NCBI GenBank assembly: GCA_964416435.1
Contig: CAYQEG010000004.1
Location: forward strand, 29,378-93,377
Reading direction: 5' to 3'
Length of the DNA: 64,000 nt
Source: an uncultured Rickettsiales bacterium
GTDB taxonomy: Bacteria; Myxococcota_A; UBA796; UBA9615
Shown: positions 19,897 through 29,644 of the stretch, piece by piece
Layout: each line of letters opens with the position of its first letter
How positions within the stretch are numbered: position 1 is the stretch's first letter
Made by a program: the position numbers and the translations under genes
Notes under the pieces: model-generated
Databases searched by the model: none
The model's input: the letters and a program-made list of their open reading frames with translations, nothing else
Told to the model about the DNA's origin: nothing

Positions 19897-21690
19897 ATGA
19901 CCGCGCCGCAGTTCCGCAACCTGCCAGACCTGATCCAGCAGTCTGTCGCCCGCTTCGGCGGCAACCCCTACATGGGCACCCGGAGGGCGGACGGGAGCTG
20001 GGAGTTCATCACCTACCGGGAGTTCGGCGAGCTGGTCGACCGGTTCCGGGGGGGCCTCGTGTCGCTCGGCGTGGCGCCGGGCGATCGGGTCGCGGTGATC
20101 GCGGACAACTGCCCCGAGTGGGCGGTCGGCGCCCACGCGACGTACAGCGCCGGCGCCTGCTACGTGCCGATGTACCAGAAGCAGAACTACGCCGACTGGG
20201 CGCACATCGTGAAAGACAGCGGCGCCAAGGTGCTGCTCGTCGCCAACGCCGACATCGCCGCGAAGACGGCGCCTCTGCTGCAGGAGGCGGAGACGCTGGA
20301 GCAGATCGTGGACCTGCGAGGCTCGGTCGAGGACCCGCTGTCGTTCCAGGGGTTGGTCGCCGCGGGCGCCGACAGCCCCTCGTCCGCGGCCGACCCCGAC
20401 CCCGAGGACCTGTGCGGCTTCATCTACACGTCGGGCACCACCGGCAAGCCCAAGGGCGTGCGGCTGACCCACGGCAACATCACCAGCAACGTCAACGCGG
20501 TGCAGACGCTCTTCCCCATGGAGGAAGCGGATCGCTCGCTGTCGTTCCTGCCGTGGGCCCACAGCTTCGGCCAGACGGTCGAGCTGCACTGCGGCACGAG
20601 CTTCGGCGCGTCGATGGCGATCTGCGACGACGTCAGCAGGCTGATCGGCTACCTGCCCGAGGTGCAGCCGACGCTGCTCTTCAGCGTGCCGCGCATCTTC
20701 AACCGCATCTACGACGGTCTGAACAAGAGGATCGAGGCCGGCTCGCCGATCTCTCGCGTGCTGTTCAACGCCGCGCTGTCCAACGCCCGGCTGCGCAAGG
20801 AGCTCGCCGCGGCCGGTCGTTCCAGCGCCTGGGTCGACCTGAAGCACAAGGTGCTCGACAGCCTGGTCTTCGCCAAGGTCCGCGCCGGCCTGGGCGGCCG
20901 CCTGCGATACGCGTTCAGCGGCGGCGCCGCGATCAGCCGCGAGGTGGCCGAGTTCATCGACACCGTTGGCATCACCGTCTACGAGGGCTACGGCCTGTCG
21001 GAGACGTCGCCCATCGCCACCGCCAACTACCCGGGCTCCCAGCGGATCGGCTCGGTCGGCAGGGCGATCCCCGGGGTCGAGATCATCATCGACACCAGCG
21101 CAGTCGACGGCCAGATGGGGGAGGAGGGGGAGATCCTCATCCGCGGCCCCAACATCATGCAGGGCTACCACAACCTCGCCGACGAGACGGCGAAGGTGAT
21201 CCGCGCCGACGGCGCCTTCCACACCGGTGACCTGGGCCGGGTCGACGGCGACGGCTTCGTCTACATCACGGGCCGGATCAAGGAGCAGTACAAGCTGGAG
21301 AACGGCAAGTACGTCGTGCCCGCCCCGCTCGAGGAGCAGCTCAAGCTGTCCGGCTTCATCAACCAGGTGATGGTGTTCGGCGCCAACAAGCTGTTCAACG
21401 TCGCCATCATCGTGCCCGACGTCGCCGCGCTGACCGACTGGGCGAAGCAACAGGGGCTGCCCGGGGAGCTGGGCGGCCTGCTCGGCCACGACAAGGTGCG
21501 GGAGCTGTACCTGGCCCAGCTCGACCGGTACCACCAGGACGTCTTCAAGGGCTTCGAGCGGGTCAAGGAGTTCGCCCTGATTCCCGACGAGTTCACGACC
21601 GACAACGACATGCTCACGCCGACGCTCAAGCTCAAGCGCCGCAACGTGATCAAGGCCTACAACGACCTGATCGAGTCGCTCTACGAGTAG
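19897..21690 (+). CDS. long-chain fatty-acid-CoA ligase (AMP-dependent synthetase)
   Basis: Internal ATG 19897 of ORF 19129-21690. AMP-binding motif FIYTSGTTGKPKGV and GYGLSETSP. About 597 aa, FadD-like length. Confidence 0.85.
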   Translation: MTAPQFRNLPDLIQQSVARFGGNPYMGTRRADGSWEFITYREFGELVDRFRGGLVSLGVAPGDRVAVIADNCPEWAVGAHATYSAGACYVPMYQKQNYADWAHIVKDSGAKVLLVANADIAAKTAPLLQEAETLEQIVDLRGSVEDPLSFQGLVAAGADSPSSAADPDPEDLCGFIYTSGTTGKPKGVRLTHGNITSNVNAVQTLFPMEEADRSLSFLPWAHSFGQTVELHCGTSFGASMAICDDVSRLIGYLPEVQPTLLFSVPRIFNRIYDGLNKRIEAGSPISRVLFNAALSNARLRKELAAAGRSSAWVDLKHKVLDSLVFAKVRAGLGGRLRYAFSGGAAISREVAEFIDTVGITVYEGYGLSETSPIATANYPGSQRIGSVGRAIPGVEIIIDTSAVDGQMGEEGEILIRGPNIMQGYHNLADETAKVIRADGAFHTGDLGRVDGDGFVYITGRIKEQYKLENGKYVVPAPLEEQLKLSGFINQVMVFGANKLFNVAIIVPDVAALTDWAKQQGLPGELGGLLGHDKVRELYLAQLDRYHQDVFKGFERVKEFALIPDEFTTDNDMLTPTLKLKRRNVIKAYNDLIESLYE

Positions 21691-23270
21691 TCCGCCCGAC
21701 GCCGCAGGCCGAGCAGGAGCAGCAGCCCGGGGAGCAGCAGGCCGGTCCGGTTGAAGCCGTCCCGGCTGTCGTCCTCCTTCTTGGCGCAGCCCTGGCAGCC
21801 CTGCCCGCCGCCGTCGTCGTCGTCGTCCGCGTCGTCATCGTCGCCCGCGTCGTCATCGTCTCCGCCGGCCCCCTCGGCCACCTCGATGGTCCAGTTCACC
21901 GACCCGTCCATCGCGTGCGGGAGGTCGCCGAGCACCCATCCGATGCGGTCTTCGACGACGGCCCGCACGGTCTGGGTGCCGTCCGCGAGGTCGGTGGGAC
22001 TGAGCTGCAGGGTCTCCATGCCCGGCCCCTCGGCGATGCGGTCGCCCGCCTCCACCCACCACCAGGTGATCCACAGGGGCTCGCCGCCGGGCTGCAGGGT
22101 CTGGACCCACAGCGAGACCTCGTCCCCGTCGTCCAGGGGCTCGGACGGCCCCGCGGAGGAGGACAACAGCAGCGACGGGACGTGGCTGTAGATGGTGCGG
22201 ACCAGCTGCTCGCGGCAGACGACGCAGAAGCTGTCCTGCAGCACGTTCATGATGCAGGCCTCGTCGGTGGGCCGGAAGTAGTCGGTGAAGCTGCACTGGG
22301 CGAACGCGTCGACGCCCGCGCTGCCCTCGTCGATCCACGGCTGCCAGGGCACGCCGCTGGCTTCCCAGTGACAGTTCGGGAGGGGCGTCTGGGCCCCGCC
22401 GGAGGGGTAGCCGTAGCTGTACTCGTCCGCCAGTTGGCCGTCGCTGTGGGCCATCTCGTGGGCGGCGACCTGCTCGAAGTCGACGCCGGTGTAGGTGACG
22501 GCGTAGTCGGGGCCGCCGCTGCCCCCGTAGGTCGCGTCGTTGACGAGCACGACGCGAACGTCGTCCCCCGGCGCCCACGACGCCAACGCGAGCACCGCCG
22601 CGGGGGAGCAGTCGATCAAGCGGTCGATGCCGTAGGCGCCGTAGAAGCAGCCGAGGTTGGTCGCGACGAACTCCTGAGGGTTCGCCTCGAGGTGGTCGGC
22701 TCCCTCCTCCAGGGACGCGTCGAAGACCGCGTAGACGTTCACGAAGGGCAGGTACCGGTCGTACGGCTCGATCGTCGACAGGTACGCGACCGCGGCGTCG
22801 ACGTCGGCCAGGAAGTCGTTGCCCTGGCCCTCGAGGTAGCCCTCGGACAGGAACACGATGTCCTGGTGGTCCTCCGGATCCCCGGCGATCGAGATCTCGA
22901 ACACCTCCGGGGGCGGCTCCTCTTCCTCACCGCGCGGGGAGGAGATCGGCACGTCGACGTGCAGCGTGCGCTCCCCGACCTGGATCGGCACCCGGGCGCC
23001 CGCGGCGGTCGCCGGCACCACGACGGCCGCGGCGCGCGCCGGCGGGTCGTAGCGTTCGCCGCTCAGCTGTCCGCTCTGCGGGTCGGCCCACTCGGCGATG
23101 CGAGTCGTGGCCGTCGTCACCGCGGCGCCGCCGGCCGGCCGGTCGGTCGGTCGGCTCTGGACGACCTCGACGGTGTCGCCGTCGATCTGGACGATGAGTT
23201 GAATGGAGGGCTCCGCCGCGCCGGAGGCGGTCGGCAGGAGCAACACGATGCAGGCGAGCAGTCGCTTCAT
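21681..23270 (-). CDS. secreted M64-like zinc metallopeptidase with MYXO-CTERM-like tail
   Basis: Start MKRLLACIVLLLPTASGAAEP (signal peptide) at 23270. HExxH site in AAHEMAHSDGQLADEY (M64 style HExxHxxxxLxDEY). C-terminus GCQGCAKK...GLLLPGLLLLLGLRRRADYS. The upstream 278 codons of the ORF track are rejected as Ser/Ala/Arg-rich shadow. Confidence 0.75.
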   Translation of the reverse strand: MKRLLACIVLLLPTASGAAEPSIQLIVQIDGDTVEVVQSRPTDRPAGGAAVTTATTRIAEWADPQSGQLSGERYDPPARAAAVVVPATAAGARVPIQVGERTLHVDVPISSPRGEEEEPPPEVFEISIAGDPEDHQDIVFLSEGYLEGQGNDFLADVDAAVAYLSTIEPYDRYLPFVNVYAVFDASLEEGADHLEANPQEFVATNLGCFYGAYGIDRLIDCSPAAVLALASWAPGDDVRVVLVNDATYGGSGGPDYAVTYTGVDFEQVAAHEMAHSDGQLADEYSYGYPSGGAQTPLPNCHWEASGVPWQPWIDEGSAGVDAFAQCSFTDYFRPTDEACIMNVLQDSFCVVCREQLVRTIYSHVPSLLLSSSAGPSEPLDDGDEVSLWVQTLQPGGEPLWITWWWVEAGDRIAEGPGMETLQLSPTDLADGTQTVRAVVEDRIGWVLGDLPHAMDGSVNWTIEVAEGAGGDDDDAGDDDDADDDDDGGGQGCQGCAKKEDDSRDGFNRTGLLLPGLLLLLGLRRRADYS

Positions 23271-23307
23271 CTCAGCCTCGGAGCCTAGCAGGTAGGATCC
23301 TCCCCGC

Positions 23308-24915
23308 ATGGCGTCCCGCTCGTCGCTCTGGGCTGAAGTCGTCGCGAACCTCGCCTTGATCGCGGTCGTCACGGTGGCGCTGAACGCCGTGCTCGTCGGC
23401 AAGGTGGTGCAGGGTCGCGAGGCGGAGCTCCGCGCGGCGGTCGCGTCGGACCTGAGCCGCACCCTGGCGCTCCGGGCGAGCTTCATCGCGGCCTCCGACG
23501 GTCCCCCCGATCCGGCCACCGCGGCGGTCTGGCAGACCGCCTTCGACGGCGCCGACGTTCCCGACGGCGAGCCGTTCTTCGCCGTCCTCGTGACCCGGGA
23601 CCTCCGCCCCGTGGCGACCGCCGGCCGGTGGCCCGGTCCGCTGGTCGACCCGGCCCTGCGCGCCGAGGAGCTGGAGGCGCTGCGGGCGACGTGGCTGTTC
23701 GAGTCGACCGATCTGAGGGCGAGCATGACCGGCCGGCGAACCGAGCGCTCCGAGTGGCAGCCGCGGGCGAGCTTCTTCTCGGGGCGCGTCTGGGCGACGG
23801 CCAGCTCGCCCGTGATCGATCCCGGCGGCGACGTGGTCGGCGCGGTGCGTGCTGTCTCCCCGGTCGGGGTGCCGGTGCTCGGCCCCTGGGACCGCCGGAC
23901 GCTGCCGGTGCTCGCGCTGTCGGCGGTGCTCGGCGCGCTGACCGTCGGGGCCTTCGGTTTCTTCTTGTTCCGACGGCGGATCCTGCAGCCGATCGAGGCG
24001 CTCGCCGATGGCACGCGGCAGCTCGCGGAGGGGCACTTCGAGACCCGGCTGCCGGGCGGCGCACACGACGAGCTGGGCGAGCTCGCGAGTCGCTTCAACG
24101 ACATGGCCGAGGCGCTGGAGACCTACCGGAGGGAGAACGAAGCGCAGGTCGCCGAGCTGCGGGCGATCAACGACGACCTGATCCAGGCCCGCGAGGACCT
24201 GATCTTCGCCGAGAAGATGGCGACCGTCGGACGCCTCGCCGCCGGCGTGGCCCACGAGGTCGGCAACCCGCTGGCGTCCGTCATCGGGTTCGCCGAGCTC
24301 CTCGAGAGCGACCTCGACCTGGCGGGGGACCTGCTGCCGCGCATCCGCAAGGAGCTGGATCGGATCCACCGGATCATCCGCGATCTGCTGGCATACTCGC
24401 GGCCCACGGGGCTGACGAACACCGAGCTGGAGCCGATCTCCCCGGTTCCGGCGATCGCCGTGCAGGAGGTGGTGGAGGCCGCGGCCCAGCTGATCGCGGC
24501 CCAGCCTCGGTTCGCCGACGTCACGCTGCACCACGACCTGCCGGAGGAGCTGCCGGCGGTGCTCGTGCCCGCCGACCGGCTGCAGCAGGTGCTGCTGAAC
24601 CTGTTCGTCAACGCCGCCGAGGCCATGGAGGGCCGGGGCGCCATCCGCATCCGCGACATCGCGGAGCCGGACCCCGAGCTGATCACGCTGGAGATCGAGG
24701 ATGAGGGGCCGGGGATCGACCCCCGCGCCGGCTCGAACATCTACGAGCCTTTCTTCACGACCAAGGATGTCGGCTCGGGCACCGGGCTGGGCCTCGCGGT
24801 CTCGCTGCGGCTGGTCGAGAAGATGGGGGGCCGCCTGCGCCACATCCGCGACCGCCGCGGAGGCGCCTGCTTCCACCTCTCGCTGCCGGTCTCCGACCCG
24901 GCTCTGGGGGCCTGA
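23308..24915 (+). CDS. sensor histidine kinase (2 TM, HAMP, HisKA, HATPase_c)
   Basis: TM at the N-terminus and LSAVLGALTVGAFGFFLF. HAMP (PIEALADGTRQLAEGHF...FNDMAEAL), H-box GVAHEVGNPL, N-box LLNLFVNAAEAM, G-boxes DEGPGI and GSGTGLGLAVS. No adjacent response regulator. Confidence 0.88.
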   Translation: MASRSSLWAEVVANLALIAVVTVALNAVLVGKVVQGREAELRAAVASDLSRTLALRASFIAASDGPPDPATAAVWQTAFDGADVPDGEPFFAVLVTRDLRPVATAGRWPGPLVDPALRAEELEALRATWLFESTDLRASMTGRRTERSEWQPRASFFSGRVWATASSPVIDPGGDVVGAVRAVSPVGVPVLGPWDRRTLPVLALSAVLGALTVGAFGFFLFRRRILQPIEALADGTRQLAEGHFETRLPGGAHDELGELASRFNDMAEALETYRRENEAQVAELRAINDDLIQAREDLIFAEKMATVGRLAAGVAHEVGNPLASVIGFAELLESDLDLAGDLLPRIRKELDRIHRIIRDLLAYSRPTGLTNTELEPISPVPAIAVQEVVEAAAQLIAAQPRFADVTLHHDLPEELPAVLVPADRLQQVLLNLFVNAAEAMEGRGAIRIRDIAEPDPELITLEIEDEGPGIDPRAGSNIYEPFFTTKDVGSGTGLGLAVSLRLVEKMGGRLRHIRDRRGGACFHLSLPVSDPALGA

Positions 24916-24917
24916 CC

Positions 24918-26540
24918 GTGTTCTCCTGGCTGCATGATCACGACGGCCACGTGGCGCTCGCCCAGGTCCTGGTGTGGGCGGGGCTGATCGGCGTGGCGGG
25001 GCCGGCGCTGCTGCGCGCCTGGCGGGACCTCGACGCGACGCTGCGGTGGCGGCTCGTCTTCATCGGGCTGGCGGCCACCGGGCTGTCGGTGTTCGGGTTC
25101 CCGCTCGGCCGCTACGACGCGCTGGGCCACTCCGCCAGCTACTACGAGTGCTACCTGGGGGCCCAGACCCCGAGCAACGCGGCCGGCTGGGAGGCGTTCG
25201 TCACGTACCCGCTGCTGCGGTGGTCCTACTGGGCGATCGGCGGGCTGGTGGGCCGGGACTCGGGCCCCGTGCCGCTCATCGTGCTCAACGCGCTCGCCTC
25301 CGGCCTGGGGGTGCTCGCCTTCGGTTGGCTCGTGGCCGTCCTGATGCGGAGCGGGCGCGCCGCGACCGCGGCGGCCGTGCTGCTCGCGCTCCACCCGGTG
25401 CACGCGTTCTGGGGGGCCGCGACGTTCAACGTCTCGCTGCCCCACGCCGGGATCGTGCTCTGCGTGCTGCTCAGCGTGATCGCCTGGGGGCGCGGCGACT
25501 GGCGTCTGCTCGCGGCGGCGGCCGCGACCGGGGGGCTGGTCGTGGCGCTGCGGGTCGAGTGGGGGCTCCTCGGCCCGGCGCTGTTGCTGCTCCTGCTGGC
25601 GCTCGGCAAGGCCTGGGGGCGGGCCGACGGGGTGTGGGGCCCGCGGTTCTGGGGACCCGGGATCGCCGTCGCGGTGGCCTACTTCCTGACGACGATCCCG
25701 GCGAGCGGTGGTTCGCTCGCCGAGCAGGGCGGCTATCACGGCGTCTCGGGCTACCTGGAGACGGTGGGTCGTCAGATCTTCTTCTTCGAGGTCTTCGCCC
25801 CCTGGCACCTCCCCTGGATGGCCGCGCTCGTCGCCCTGGGCCTCGGCGTGGCGGCCCGGCCGGACCGGCTGGGGTCCCGGGGCGCGCTGGGCCTCGTCGG
25901 GTTCGCGGTCGTCGCTCACCTCGGCATGTCGACCTTCAACGACAGCGCGTACCGACACGCCCTGCTCCCGTCCCTGACCGTGATCGCGGCGGCGTCGGCG
26001 GCGGCCGACCTGGTGGTCGACTCCAGCCGCGTCTGGCTCCGCGGGCTGGCGGGGGCGCTGTTGGCGGCGGCGGTCGTGACGACGTCCCTCGGCGTGCTCC
26101 AGGGCCGGGATCGCTACTTCGCCGAGCCGGAGCAGTTCTTCGAGTCCGTGGCCGGGTTCCGGGGGGACGAGCTGGCCGCCGCGGACATCGAGTCGGGGGA
26201 GTGCTACCTGGTCACGGACGACGAGCGGCTCTGGGGCATGGGCCTGGCGGGCTCCCACTTCAACCTGATGGATCCGGGCGAGGCGGTGATGCACTACCGG
26301 GACCACGGCGGCTGCATCCTGTGGCTGTACGACCGGTCCCAGTGGCGCTGGGATGGGGTCGCGGCCCGCGCCCGCGCGGCCAAGATGCTCTACTGGTTCG
26401 ACTGGGAGGAGCAGGGCTGGGTGGAGCTCGACGAGGGTCTGCTGGCGGTCGTGTATCGCATGGCGTCCCCGCCCTGGGGGATCGCCGACGACGAGCCGCT
26501 GCCCGACTCCGAGTTCTTCCGCAGCCGCGAGGGGGAGTGA
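24918..26540 (+). CDS. polytopic inner-membrane protein, possibly GT-C (ArnT/PMT)-like
   Basis: GTG start 2 nt after the kinase stop. About 10 hydrophobic segments in the first 380 aa, then a soluble roughly 150-aa C-terminal domain. The family assignment is only an impression from topology. Confidence 0.6.
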   Translation: MFSWLHDHDGHVALAQVLVWAGLIGVAGPALLRAWRDLDATLRWRLVFIGLAATGLSVFGFPLGRYDALGHSASYYECYLGAQTPSNAAGWEAFVTYPLLRWSYWAIGGLVGRDSGPVPLIVLNALASGLGVLAFGWLVAVLMRSGRAATAAAVLLALHPVHAFWGAATFNVSLPHAGIVLCVLLSVIAWGRGDWRLLAAAAATGGLVVALRVEWGLLGPALLLLLLALGKAWGRADGVWGPRFWGPGIAVAVAYFLTTIPASGGSLAEQGGYHGVSGYLETVGRQIFFFEVFAPWHLPWMAALVALGLGVAARPDRLGSRGALGLVGFAVVAHLGMSTFNDSAYRHALLPSLTVIAAASAAADLVVDSSRVWLRGLAGALLAAAVVTTSLGVLQGRDRYFAEPEQFFESVAGFRGDELAAADIESGECYLVTDDERLWGMGLAGSHFNLMDPGEAVMHYRDHGGCILWLYDRSQWRWDGVAARARAAKMLYWFDWEEQGWVELDEGLLAVVYRMASPPWGIADDEPLPDSEFFRSREGE

Positions 26541-26541
26541 G

Positions 26542-29475
26542 ATGACGGCTCGTCTGCTCGCCGCCCTCGTGGCGTTGCTGCTCCTCGCCCCGTCGCCCTC
26601 GTCGGCCCAGATCCAGCTGCCCGGCTTCGACTCGGACGCGGTGCTGATCGCCCAGGACCCGGTGGACGAGCTCAAGGCGACGCTGGACGCCCGGCAGCAG
26701 GAGTTCGGGAGCCGGCTGGCCCGCCGCCAGGCGGAGTTCCGATGGCGGTTGGAGCGACTGGACCGGCTGCGCACGGAGCTGGCGACGGACGAGCAGCGCT
26801 GGCGGGAACGGCGCGACGTGTTGCTGGCCCGCCGACGCGCGGGGCCGGCCCGACGTGAGGTGCTCACGCAGCTGCTCGAGCGGGCGCGAGACCTCGACGG
26901 CCTGCTCCGCGCCACCGAGACGGCCTTCGACAACCAGATCCAGGCGCTGAGCGACGCCGAGGCGCAGGCGCGGCAGCTGCAGCTCGACCTGTCCTCGACC
27001 CCCGACTGGGTCGACGAGGACATCACCACCGCGGAGATCGACCGGGCCCTCGAGGACCTCGAGGTCGAGGTCGCCCGGTACGAGACCCGCCACGTGGAGT
27101 TCGAGTCGTCGCGCGAGCTCCTCAAGGCGGCGTTCACGGAGCACCGGGTCGCCCTGGACGAGGCGCGGCTGCGCATGGTGGTCGAGGAGGCGGTGGAGGT
27201 CCTGGAGCAGGTCCCGGAGCCGACCCCGATCCCGCTGCCCAGCCCCGACCCCCTCGACCCCCTCGCGATCCTCGATGACCTGCCGCTCCCCGAGCCCGCC
27301 ACGCCCGCCCCGGTCGAGCTGTCCGAGGCGGACCGTGAGCTGATCCGCCTTCGCGACGACCTGCGGGGGCTGGAGGCGGCGATCCTCGAGCGCAGCGCGG
27401 AGCTCGACCGCAAGCGGATCGAGCTGGTCGACCTCGACATCGAGCGGGTCGAGCTCGAGCTCCCGGTCCTGCGCTACTTCTCGAACGGCTGGCGGGAGCG
27501 CCGGGCCGAGGTGGCCGCCCGTGAAGGGGAGGGGATCTTCCGACGGGGCGACGCCCTGCTCGACGGCGAGGTCCTATCGCTCGGCTCCGCCTATACCCAG
27601 GACCTGGTCGCCGATCCGAGCGCCACCCTGGAGGCGGTGCAGGCTCGAATCGAGGCGGCGCGTCGGCCGCCCCGGACGACCGGCGTCCCGATGATGGTGC
27701 TGCTGCTGATCCTCGGCGTGGCGACCTTCGCGATCGGCCGCCAGGCGCTCCCGACCCTGGTGGGGTCTCCGCGGGACAGCCGCGCCGATCGACTCATCCT
27801 CACCGGGCTCCGGGCGATGGTGCCGGTGTTCCCCGTCACGCTGGTGTGCGGGCTGCTGCTGGTGATCGGCGCGATCCCCGATCCGCTGCAGCCGCTGTAC
27901 CGCTTCAGCGCAGTCGCCCCTCCGCTGGTCTCGGCGGTGATCGCGGTCGCGACGGTGCTGTTCCCCGAAGCGGGGAGCGAGTCGATGACCCCGTCGGTCT
28001 CCCGGTACCTGCGGGGCCTCGTGCGCGTCGGCGCGACGCTCGCCACCGGCATCGCGCTGGCCGCCGCGATGCTCCCGCTGTTCGGCTACCCGCCCCAGGT
28101 CCGTCGCCTGCTCCAGGCCGCGCTGGTCGCGTGGTTGCTGATCGGCTGGCTGGGCGTACTGCTGCGCAAGGACGAGCTGCTCGCGTTGATCGGGGCGGAC
28201 GGCGATGTCGCCTCGGTCGGCGTCCTGCGCGCGGGGGTGCGACGCCTCTACCCGGTGTTCGCGCTCGGGCCCGTAGCGGTCTACGGCCTGTACGCGGCCG
28301 GCTACGCCAACCTCGCGCGCCTGCTCGTGCGGGGCGGGCTCGTGACCCTGGGGGTGCTGCTCCTGGCGCCGTGGGTGTACCACCGGCTGGAGCAGGTGAT
28401 GGGACGCCTGCTCGGCTACCCCGACGGGGGCGGCGTGCTCGCGCTCACGCCGGAGGGCTCACGCACCGCCTGGCGCACGGTGATGCCGCTGGTGCTCGTC
28501 CTGGTGGGCGGCGCGTCGGCGGCGCTGGTGGCGTCGGGCTGGGACTACGACGGCAACGTGTTCGGAAACCTCGCGGCGCTGGTGACCCGGCCGCTGTTGC
28601 AGGTCGGCGGCAGCCACATCACAGGGGTCTCGCTCCTGCTGTTCGGCTGCACGGTGGTGGTGACGATCGTGGTCTCGCGCTGGGTGCTCCGCGTACTTCG
28701 GCGCTCGGTGTACCCGCTGTACGACCTCGATCGGGGCACCCAGGCGACGCTGGACACGGTCATCCGCTACGCGATGTTCGGACTCGGCACGGTCATCGGG
28801 CTGGACGTCATCGGCGTCGGCCTGGGCTTCTTGACGATCTTCGCCGGCGTCGTCGGCCTGGCGATCGGCTTCGGGAGCCAGACCCTGGCGGCCAACTTCA
28901 TGGCCGGGCTGATCCTGCTCGCGGCTCGCCGGATCTCGGTCGACGACGTGATCGAGTTGGACGGCATGGTGGGCCGTGTCGTCCGGATCGCCGGCTACGC
29001 GACCACCGTGCGAACGCTCGACAACCTCCTGGTGATCATCCCCAACAGCAAGCTGATCGACGGCACCGTCACCAACTGGAGCGTCGAGGACATCCGGGTG
29101 CGGATCCCGATCGTCGTCGGCGTCGCCTACGGCAGCGACGTAGCCCTGGTGCGCCGGTTGCTGCTCCAGACGGCCCAGTCCGACCCGCGGGTGCTCGACC
29201 GACCGGCCGCGCTGGCGCGGTTCGATGACTTCGGCGACTCGGGGCTGATCTTCAGCCTCAACGTCTGGATCGACGACGCGGACGAGCGGCTCGTCGTCGC
29301 GAGCGACCTGCGGCTGCGGATCGACCGCCTGTTCCGGGAGCACGAAGTGGAGATCCCCTTCCCGCAGCGGGATCTGCACCTGCGGTCGAGCGACGAGACG
29401 CTCAAGCTGGCTCTGGAGCAGGGGTTCGCCGTGCGCGGGGCCGACGGCGTCCGCATCGAGGCCGTCGAGGACTGA
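26542..29475 (+). CDS. MscK/KefA-like mechanosensitive channel
   Basis: ATG 26542. Signal peptide MTARLLAALVALLLLAPSPSSAQ and a long coiled-coil periplasmic region (about 350 aa), followed by many TM segments. C-terminal MscS core GLAIGFGSQTLAANFMAGLILLAARRISVDDVIELDGMVGRVVRIAGYATTVRTLDN. Confidence 0.85.
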   Translation: MTARLLAALVALLLLAPSPSSAQIQLPGFDSDAVLIAQDPVDELKATLDARQQEFGSRLARRQAEFRWRLERLDRLRTELATDEQRWRERRDVLLARRRAGPARREVLTQLLERARDLDGLLRATETAFDNQIQALSDAEAQARQLQLDLSSTPDWVDEDITTAEIDRALEDLEVEVARYETRHVEFESSRELLKAAFTEHRVALDEARLRMVVEEAVEVLEQVPEPTPIPLPSPDPLDPLAILDDLPLPEPATPAPVELSEADRELIRLRDDLRGLEAAILERSAELDRKRIELVDLDIERVELELPVLRYFSNGWRERRAEVAAREGEGIFRRGDALLDGEVLSLGSAYTQDLVADPSATLEAVQARIEAARRPPRTTGVPMMVLLLILGVATFAIGRQALPTLVGSPRDSRADRLILTGLRAMVPVFPVTLVCGLLLVIGAIPDPLQPLYRFSAVAPPLVSAVIAVATVLFPEAGSESMTPSVSRYLRGLVRVGATLATGIALAAAMLPLFGYPPQVRRLLQAALVAWLLIGWLGVLLRKDELLALIGADGDVASVGVLRAGVRRLYPVFALGPVAVYGLYAAGYANLARLLVRGGLVTLGVLLLAPWVYHRLEQVMGRLLGYPDGGGVLALTPEGSRTAWRTVMPLVLVLVGGASAALVASGWDYDGNVFGNLAALVTRPLLQVGGSHITGVSLLLFGCTVVVTIVVSRWVLRVLRRSVYPLYDLDRGTQATLDTVIRYAMFGLGTVIGLDVIGVGLGFLTIFAGVVGLAIGFGSQTLAANFMAGLILLAARRISVDDVIELDGMVGRVVRIAGYATTVRTLDNLLVIIPNSKLIDGTVTNWSVEDIRVRIPIVVGVAYGSDVALVRRLLLQTAQSDPRVLDRPAALARFDDFGDSGLIFSLNVWIDDADERLVVASDLRLRIDRLFREHEVEIPFPQRDLHLRSSDETLKLALEQGFAVRGADGVRIEAVED

Positions 29476-29547
29476 TTGCGGAAACCAGGTTTCTAGACCG
29501 CTCCTGCTCGCCCCCGCGGTCCGATCTCGGCGTCGCTCCTCGGTCAC

Positions 29548-29612
29548 GAGGGAGCGACCTTGCTCCCTCGTCGCTCCTGGACCTCGAACCGCGGGGCCTT
29601 CGGATCCGCGGT
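29548..29612. terminator. hairpin cluster between convergent genes
   Basis: GAGGGAGC-gacctt-GCTCCCTC (29548-29569) and ACCGCGG-N11-CCGCGGT (29588-29612). They lie between the channel gene (plus strand) and the methyltransferase gene (minus strand). No clean U-tracts. Confidence 0.4.
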
Positions 29613-29644
29613 CAACAAACCCGGTTCCCGCAATGACTCGATCG

